64,000 bases of DNA from a virus (taxonomy: Duplodnaviria > Caudoviricetes), in IMG/VR virus record IMGVR_UViG_3300027766_000001. One strand, given 5' to 3'. Below the pieces are notes generated by a model that saw only the letters and a list, made by a program, of their open reading frames with translations, searched no databases and was not told where the DNA came from. A program made the position numbers and the translations under genes. Positions within the stretch are counted from its first letter, which is position 1; each line of letters begins with the position of its first letter. Of this stretch, positions 57,971-64,000 are shown one piece after another.

Positions 57971-58597
57971 ATGTTCAAAGAAAAAATTGTTATCGCCCCC
58001 GCACCGATCCTGCGAGCGTTGCGTGATAACCAGCTACCGTTAAAGGTGTTACTCGAACCAGAAAAATTGCTTAGTATATTATCCGTTCGTGACGTCATTT
58101 TTTACAACGTCCTGAACACCATGGTATGTGGTCTGGATTTCCGCAAGTCACCCGCGGCGTATGCTAACGGCTTAACTAAAGCCCTGGCTGAACTCCCCTA
58201 CTATTCTAATGGACTTATGGATGTCTTTACACAAGAAGAGTGGATAAAGTTCATAAGTACATATGAGAGCGACGTGCGAGCGGAGCAATCAGGGTTGAAC
58301 AACCGGACGGTGTACGAGTATGCCACGGGTGAGACCTATGATGTAGAGGCGCACAAAAACGGTGAAGCCGTTGAGTACGACTTTAAGACCACTGTGTTAA
58401 ATGGTGATACCGTCTGTGTGATGGTGGTACCGCGTGAAGACGCTACGTTGACAGATAGTATGCTAAGTCAGCGTTTGCTGCGTCAAGTGCTGTATGCTAT
58501 GAACTCCATTACTGCGAAAGCGGATGAGTATAAATCACTTTACGTGGGTTATTGCACCAACTTAGTTAGCAATGCGATCGCGCAACGCAGTGTTTAA
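57971..58597 (+). CDS. conserved hypothetical protein (phiKZ gp119-like by synteny)
   Basis: Between helicase and MCP; AAGGTG SD. Confidence 0.65.
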   Translation: MFKEKIVIAPAPILRALRDNQLPLKVLLEPEKLLSILSVRDVIFYNVLNTMVCGLDFRKSPAAYANGLTKALAELPYYSNGLMDVFTQEEWIKFISTYESDVRAEQSGLNNRTVYEYATGETYDVEAHKNGEAVEYDFKTTVLNGDTVCVMVVPREDATLTDSMLSQRLLRQVLYAMNSITAKADEYKSLYVGYCTNLVSNAIAQRSV

Positions 58598-58612
58598 ACC
58601 GAATAATAATAG

Positions 58613-58616
58613 TATG
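58613..58616 (+). promoter_or_regulatory. putative late promoter core TATG of the MCP gene
   Basis: AT-rich context (AATAATAATAGTATG) ~120 nt upstream of the MCP start. Confidence 0.4.
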
Positions 58617-58735
58617 TTACTAACTACGTTATGACGTACTGTTACCCAGAGTGTTAGCGCAACACATATTCGGACCGGTAACCCTGGCTCCGGGTGTAAT
58701 CGAAAACTTATATAAGTTATTGAAGGAACTCCAAC

Positions 58736-60964
58736 ATGGCATTAAAAGTTCTCCATACGCAGCACAGTGCTTCACTGTTCAGCCGTATTCAAGGTGCAGT
58801 ACAGAACGGTCAGTTCTCGGTTGCCGATGGCGTTGTCGCAGGTTACGGTCTGGAATCTCTGGACGACGTAAAAGCAGGTCAGCAGGTTTCTGCGATCGAT
58901 GCTGCGAAACACGCGCTGAAATCAGCTGCTGGTGTTGGCGGTGCGATCGAAGCTGGCCTGGAAGGTTTCAACGACCAGCAGCTGGAAGCGGGCTCAATCG
59001 CTGCGACCATCGTTGGTGACCTGTCTGGTTATAGCCGCGCAATGCAGTCTCGTGCTGCTAAAGCGATGAGCGATGGCTTCCAGTCTGTTAGCGGTTCACG
59101 CTACGGCTCAGCCAACCCGAAACAGGGTTATGGTACTGAAGCGTTTGAACAGGCTCAGGAATTCGTTCCTCAGCAGGCTCAGACCATCGAGTACAACATC
59201 AAAGCGGCTAAACAGGACCCGGTTGGCGAAGCGTTCTTCCCTACCACTGTTCTGACTGCGAACGACATCGGCCTGGACGTTAAGATCCCGGTTGACATCG
59301 TTGAACCTTTCGTCAAGCACAAAGCCACTGGCCAAGTGACTGACTGGCAGCGTAAGAAGCTGATCAACACCCTGCGTGATCCTTCTATCCTGCGTAACGA
59401 CGCGGTTAAACTGCTGCCGTACAAACCTGCTGATAAGTCTAACGACCAGTGGTTTGCTGCCGGTACTGATTTCACCGAAGTGCAGGGCGGCGAAGATCTG
59501 CCAACTGCAGCTCTGAAACCAGGCGTGCGTGTAGGCTTCATCGGCCTGTGCTCTACTCCTTCACTCGTGCAGAACGGCGTGATGGACCACACTGACCAGA
59601 TCGACAACAACGTCCGTCTGCAGTACGTGTGGATCAAAGTGAGCAACGCCGGTGGTACCACTGAGCTGTTCCGTCTGCGCACTGATAACCTGGATCGTTC
59701 TGCGTTCCAGAAAACTCAGGAAGGCGACAAGTTCCAGACTTCTCTGGACCTCGACGTTCTGGCATACCAGCTGAACGCTGGCCAGAAAACTGTTGCGGGT
59801 TCTAAGTCTGTCCTGCTGGCTCCGCTGACCACTGGTAAGCAGACCGTAGGCATCGCGCTGAAAATCAACGGCACCCTGAACCACGAGAAAGGTGACCTGG
59901 TTGTCAACGCCCTGGAACAGCCGCGCATCAGCCGCGTATACGACAACGATGCTCGTGAAGAAATCACGAACACCGCTGCTGTACAGACTGAGATCGCGAA
60001 ACTGACCTTCGAATTCGCTGGTTACTACATCAAAGCTAACCTGCGTAACAGCAACTTCCGTACCCGCGAGCAGCGTATCGACCGTCAGACCAGCACCTAT
60101 AAGTACCTGGTGCAGCTGGGCGCGCCGATCACTGCAGTAGCTCCGGCTACTAACGACTGGGGCCCGGTTGAAGCTGTTGCTGTTGAGCAGCTGTCTACTG
60201 CAACCTACGCACGTAACTCCGCAATGGCTATCAGCCGTCTGCTGGACTACGTTGACTCCATGCGCGCTTCTGGCATCGCTAACAACGCCCTGTGGCAGCG
60301 TTACGATGAGAACGCCGTAGAAGGCGTTGGTAAAGCAGTTGTTGATGCCTGGTTTGGTGAAGGCGATTACAACATCAAGGATCTGGTGAACTCCACTGCG
60401 TCACACATGCGCCGTGAAGACATCAGCGAGCAGCTGTTGAACATCATCCGTAACTACGCCTACCGCATGAACGCCGAATCTGGTTACAACGTAGCCATCG
60501 GCCTGCTGTACAACGAAACCACTCCGATGCTGCTGATCGGTACCGACAACATCATCGCGCAGTACCTGATGGAAGTCGGCGACCTGCGTACCGCTGGTAT
60601 CTCTTTCAAAGTAACTGTTGTTACCTCTAACAACATCGAAATGAAAGGCAAAGTCATCATGACTCTGTCTCGCATGAAGTCCGGCGGTCTGGACCTCTGC
60701 ACCTTCGGTATGCACCTGTGGGTACCTGAAATCGTTGCAACCGTTAAGATCATGCGTAACGGTAACTACGTTCAGGAAACCATGGTTCAGCCGCGTAACC
60801 TGCACGTTGTTGTGTGCCCGATCATCGCTCACCTGACCATCTCTGGTCTGGACGAAGCGTACACCGGTTCTATCAACATCCCGGTTACCACCGGCGACCT
60901 GGCTGCGAACATCGCTCAGACCGTTCTGAATGGCCTGAACGCACAGCCGGCTCAGGGCAGCTAA
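58736..60964 (+). CDS. major capsid protein (phiKZ gp120-like)
   Basis: 742 aa, extreme codon bias, propeptide with GLE-SL, GLE-GF, GTE-AF sites; EAFFPT motif; position between helicase and nvRNAP beta. Confidence 0.88.
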   Translation: MALKVLHTQHSASLFSRIQGAVQNGQFSVADGVVAGYGLESLDDVKAGQQVSAIDAAKHALKSAAGVGGAIEAGLEGFNDQQLEAGSIAATIVGDLSGYSRAMQSRAAKAMSDGFQSVSGSRYGSANPKQGYGTEAFEQAQEFVPQQAQTIEYNIKAAKQDPVGEAFFPTTVLTANDIGLDVKIPVDIVEPFVKHKATGQVTDWQRKKLINTLRDPSILRNDAVKLLPYKPADKSNDQWFAAGTDFTEVQGGEDLPTAALKPGVRVGFIGLCSTPSLVQNGVMDHTDQIDNNVRLQYVWIKVSNAGGTTELFRLRTDNLDRSAFQKTQEGDKFQTSLDLDVLAYQLNAGQKTVAGSKSVLLAPLTTGKQTVGIALKINGTLNHEKGDLVVNALEQPRISRVYDNDAREEITNTAAVQTEIAKLTFEFAGYYIKANLRNSNFRTREQRIDRQTSTYKYLVQLGAPITAVAPATNDWGPVEAVAVEQLSTATYARNSAMAISRLLDYVDSMRASGIANNALWQRYDENAVEGVGKAVVDAWFGEGDYNIKDLVNSTASHMRREDISEQLLNIIRNYAYRMNAESGYNVAIGLLYNETTPMLLIGTDNIIAQYLMEVGDLRTAGISFKVTVVTSNNIEMKGKVIMTLSRMKSGGLDLCTFGMHLWVPEIVATVKIMRNGNYVQETMVQPRNLHVVVCPIIAHLTISGLDEAYTGSINIPVTTGDLAANIAQTVLNGLNAQPAQGS

Positions 60965-61003
60965 GCTAGCAATAGCTTGACGCCTACGACGTAAGTCGCG
61001 TAA

Positions 61004-61050
61004 TCCAGGATCCTCTCTACTTCGGTAGAGGGGGTTCTGGTTTTATGCCG
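61004..61050 (+). terminator. intrinsic terminator with TTTTATGCCG tail
   Basis: CCAGGATCCTCTCTAC-TTCG-GTAGAGGGGGTTCTGG TTTTATGCCG. Confidence 0.85.
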
Positions 61051-61078
61051 GCCTAGCTTTAATAACGAAGTAAAAATA

Positions 61079-61102
61079 TTTCATACCTACATTACTAATG
61101 TG
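61079..61102 (+). promoter_or_regulatory. putative phage early promoter
   Basis: TTTCATACCTACATTACTAATGTG upstream of the operon containing the nvRNAP subunit. Confidence 0.7.
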
Positions 61103-61153
61103 TGACAGCAGACATGCTAGTTCGAGCTAAGCTGTTAGACGGAAGGTATCGTC

Positions 61154-62158
61154 ATGACCAACGACCGCCAATTCCTTGTGGATGATAGTAAGGATAAGTT
61201 CTTCGAATACGATGCAGACATTAAAACGTCGGTAACGATTCGCAGTAACTTGCATGTCCCATTGGTGGTAAGACAACGCAATGGGGTGAGCGCCGCTATC
61301 CGCCCCAAATATGGGGCAGGGTATCATAGCGGGAATATAGTCGTGCAGATTGAGGTTCTGGCTAAGCCGGAAGTATTTCTGTACATTGATAACCAATCTA
61401 TGGAGTCTCTGCCAGAAGAATACCAAATTCTCTATCAAGCTATACAGACAATGAAAGATCGGGGTACCCAAGTAGGTAATATGCACTTTGCGCGTATTAA
61501 CTTAAAGTACAGCCGAGAATTCTTTGATCAACACGGTGGTGAGTTCTACTCCCCGTTAGCTGACGTGGTGTTGTCCCTAAAGTCAATTGAACAAGTTGGC
61601 GAACATCCGTTCTCACTGACCGCTATCCAACGTCGACAATCAGACCGGGTGACCCGGGATTACGATAACCTCGTGCTTTATGGTATCCAATTGATTGATC
61701 GATTCGACCAACTCGGCCCCCGGTACATGAATATCGCTGGAGACGTTTTCCGTATCGACCCACTGCCGCTTGATGAGTTCACTGAACAACAAGCAGACGG
61801 TTTGTATTTGTTGGGTACGCAGCCCATGCGAAGTGCTAAGGACATTTCGAACAGTGCACGTTCCGACTTTATTCCCCTTGACAAGTTATTGAAAGACCCC
61901 AACAAGTACGGAGTATGGTCGAGCTTTGGTGAAGCACGTCATCAAGGTAATAAACAATTGGAAACCGCACAGAACGCCTTGGAGGTCGCACAGCGTGCCG
62001 GTGAGAAGAAAGACCGTCAGATTGAGAATTTAAAGAAAGAGCTGGACGAGGCCAAAACAAAGCACAAGCAAGAGGGTAGTCTTGTGTTGCATAAAGGGAT
62101 GACGGAGTTAATTAAACTCGCAACCGCTATGATTGGCATCGTTAAATTATTAAAATAA
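61154..62158 (+). CDS. conserved hypothetical protein (phiKZ gp122-like by synteny)
   Basis: 334 aa, C-terminal coiled coil plus amphipathic tail. Confidence 0.65.
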   Translation: MTNDRQFLVDDSKDKFFEYDADIKTSVTIRSNLHVPLVVRQRNGVSAAIRPKYGAGYHSGNIVVQIEVLAKPEVFLYIDNQSMESLPEEYQILYQAIQTMKDRGTQVGNMHFARINLKYSREFFDQHGGEFYSPLADVVLSLKSIEQVGEHPFSLTAIQRRQSDRVTRDYDNLVLYGIQLIDRFDQLGPRYMNIAGDVFRIDPLPLDEFTEQQADGLYLLGTQPMRSAKDISNSARSDFIPLDKLLKDPNKYGVWSSFGEARHQGNKQLETAQNALEVAQRAGEKKDRQIENLKKELDEAKTKHKQEGSLVLHKGMTELIKLATAMIGIVKLLK

Positions 62159-62167
62159 GGTAACATC

Positions 62168-63853
62168 ATGGATCCATTGCTCGAGAACATACTGAAGCCC
62201 ATCATCGTTAAGATGAACCCGGATTTCTACGAAGGCCTGGTGAAGCGTGAGATGGACAAATCTCTGCATTACCTTGACCGTGTGTTTCGTAGTGCTTTTG
62301 GTAGTTTAGGATCTAACATTGAGTACGTTGGGTATCGCTGTTGCCGCCCTGATGAGGAATACCGTTTCAAGCTAAAACGTAACGGTGGGAACTCCGCATC
62401 GAAAGTGCGTTATGAGTTGGCCCGATCGGATTTGCGTCTGGTGAAGTTTGACTTCATGATTGACGGTAAACCGATTCAGCCTTTGCTGTTGTATGTGCCG
62501 TATTGTGACGAGACTGGGTTGATGCATTTGCGTGGAACTGCGCACACCATCTCAGCCGTGGTAGAAGACCCGGGCGTATCCATTACGCAAGACGGTTGCT
62601 TCTTCCGTGTTACCTGCGACAAGATTGTGATTCGTCGTACCGTGCACACGATCTGTAAAGATGAAATCAACATCGTGCAGAAGCGTAAGCGGGTACAGAA
62701 GCACATCAACATCCCGTACGGTAAGATCTATCGTGCGAAACAGCAGAAAGCCAACACCAACAAAAACCCACCCACACCTTCATTGCCACATTACTTGTTT
62801 GCCAAGTTTGGGGTAACCCATGCGTTTCGTCATTTTGCGCGTGTAGAAGTGGTGTATGGAACGGAACTGGAAATCACCCCAGAGACGCATCCAGACAGTG
62901 AGTGGACGCGGTACTACAGTACTAAGGTTAACCACCCCAACAACAAACGTCCTATGGATTGGGCGCCGTCCAATGCCGCTATGGCTGTACGGGCAATTAA
63001 CCCAAGTAACCTGACTGAGATCATGGTGGCTGGGTATTTCTACGTGGCTGACTGTTACCCACAAGAGTTTGTGCCTGGCTTCTCTGACGAACCAGAACAC
63101 TGGCGCTTGATGATGGGTAAGATGGTGTTTAACCGTCAAGTCAAACACGTGCAGATGTCAGACTACCTGCGTCCTCACTTCGAGTCGTTAGACACGTACC
63201 TCGATGCAATGGCGCAAGAGAACCTGGCAGAAGAAGGGATTGTGTGTGAAGACATCTACGAGGTAATGGCGTACATCATTGCCAACCTGGATAGCATGAT
63301 TAACACGGTGAACCTGGCCAGTGTTTATGGTAAGAAGTTGGCAGTCTTACCCTACGTGCTGTCGCCCATCGTGCATGGGATCTTCTACACGAAGTTCAAC
63401 TTGATGCAGCAGTGCAAGCAGTGGGATGTAAACCAGGAAACCGGTGAGCGTAAAATGCGCTTTACAGAAGCTAACTTGCTTGAAGCCTTTAAGCAGAACT
63501 TGAAGCCGGAGGTCATTTACAAAGTAAAAGGTGCTGACCACGGTGAGATCAGTTCTATCGCGGCACCGGGTGATAACAAGCTGTTTAAGATCAACAACAA
63601 GTTGGTCCTGCAGCAAAACGCGTCAGGTGGCAAAGGACGTCCCAGCACATCACCGATGGCTGATGACTCCAAGGGGCTCGATGTCAGTATTGCAGACTGT
63701 AATGCATACTTACACAGCACCAAGCCAGACCCCACTGGCCGTTCTATCGCAAACCTGTACAAACCACTGCCGAACAACCGGTTCGAGCCGTCGGTCAAAC
63801 ACGACAAGTTGTTTACTGCTACACAGGCAATCATTACGCGTCGCAATATCTAA
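62168..63853 (+). CDS. non-virion RNA polymerase beta subunit, N-terminal part (phiKZ gp123-like)
   Basis: LYVPYCDETGLMHLRGTAHTISAVVEDPG ~ RpoB P.MT..G.F.I.G.E.V...L.RSPG region; synteny two genes after MCP. Confidence 0.8.
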   Translation: MDPLLENILKPIIVKMNPDFYEGLVKREMDKSLHYLDRVFRSAFGSLGSNIEYVGYRCCRPDEEYRFKLKRNGGNSASKVRYELARSDLRLVKFDFMIDGKPIQPLLLYVPYCDETGLMHLRGTAHTISAVVEDPGVSITQDGCFFRVTCDKIVIRRTVHTICKDEINIVQKRKRVQKHINIPYGKIYRAKQQKANTNKNPPTPSLPHYLFAKFGVTHAFRHFARVEVVYGTELEITPETHPDSEWTRYYSTKVNHPNNKRPMDWAPSNAAMAVRAINPSNLTEIMVAGYFYVADCYPQEFVPGFSDEPEHWRLMMGKMVFNRQVKHVQMSDYLRPHFESLDTYLDAMAQENLAEEGIVCEDIYEVMAYIIANLDSMINTVNLASVYGKKLAVLPYVLSPIVHGIFYTKFNLMQQCKQWDVNQETGERKMRFTEANLLEAFKQNLKPEVIYKVKGADHGEISSIAAPGDNKLFKINNKLVLQQNASGGKGRPSTSPMADDSKGLDVSIADCNAYLHSTKPDPTGRSIANLYKPLPNNRFEPSVKHDKLFTATQAIITRRNI

Positions 63854-63917
63854 CACGCCTTTACCTGTATGAGTAACGCTTGTAACCGCTTTCACATTTA
63901 AACCACGGACATTTATT

Positions 63918-64000
63918 ATGCAACCTTTCTATCAGCAGCAGCCGATGAACATGTACCAGCCTCAGGGTGCGCCGCAGTTTTATCAACCACAGATGCCACA
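63918..64000 (+). CDS. partial CDS with Q/P/Y/M-rich low-complexity N-terminus
   Basis: MQPFYQQQPMNMYQPQGAPQFYQPQMP... runs off the window end. Confidence 0.6.
   Translation, partial: MQPFYQQQPMNMYQPQGAPQFYQPQMP

Overview
This window is a core segment of a phiKZ-related jumbo phage genome (nucleus-forming Chimalliviridae type). The host cannot be determined from the sequence. It is read in standard genetic code 11 with dense coding, and no tRNA, rRNA, CRISPR array, intron or intein was seen. Recognisable core genes: virion RNA polymerase beta-prime C-terminal subunit (10870-12180), the exonuclease/motif-A half of a split family-B DNA polymerase (21466-23190), a block of inner-head/ejection proteins with prohead-protease (G/S/A)-x-E sites (23290-27728, 31877-42825), baseplate/tail genes, a collagen-like tail-fibre cassette (43201-47872), thymidylate kinase, DnaB-like helicase, major capsid protein and a non-virion RNAP beta subunit. 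phiKZ gp numbers are assigned from remembered motifs plus synteny, not from a database search. Best leads: (1) a probable -1 programmed frameshift at a T7 slippery site (7915-7921, minus strand) making a G/GT-like tail-assembly-chaperone pair; (2) three apparently catalytically dead I-TevI-like GIY-YIG paralogs; (3) an M48-like zinc-protease motif in a head protein; (4) protease-unmasked, antimicrobial-peptide-like amphipathic N-termini on seven head paralogs; (5) a conserved TTTATGCCG tail on many terminators; (6) scattered virion-protein cassettes sharing a TATGTTAGA / MLE-x-x-L N-terminal tag.
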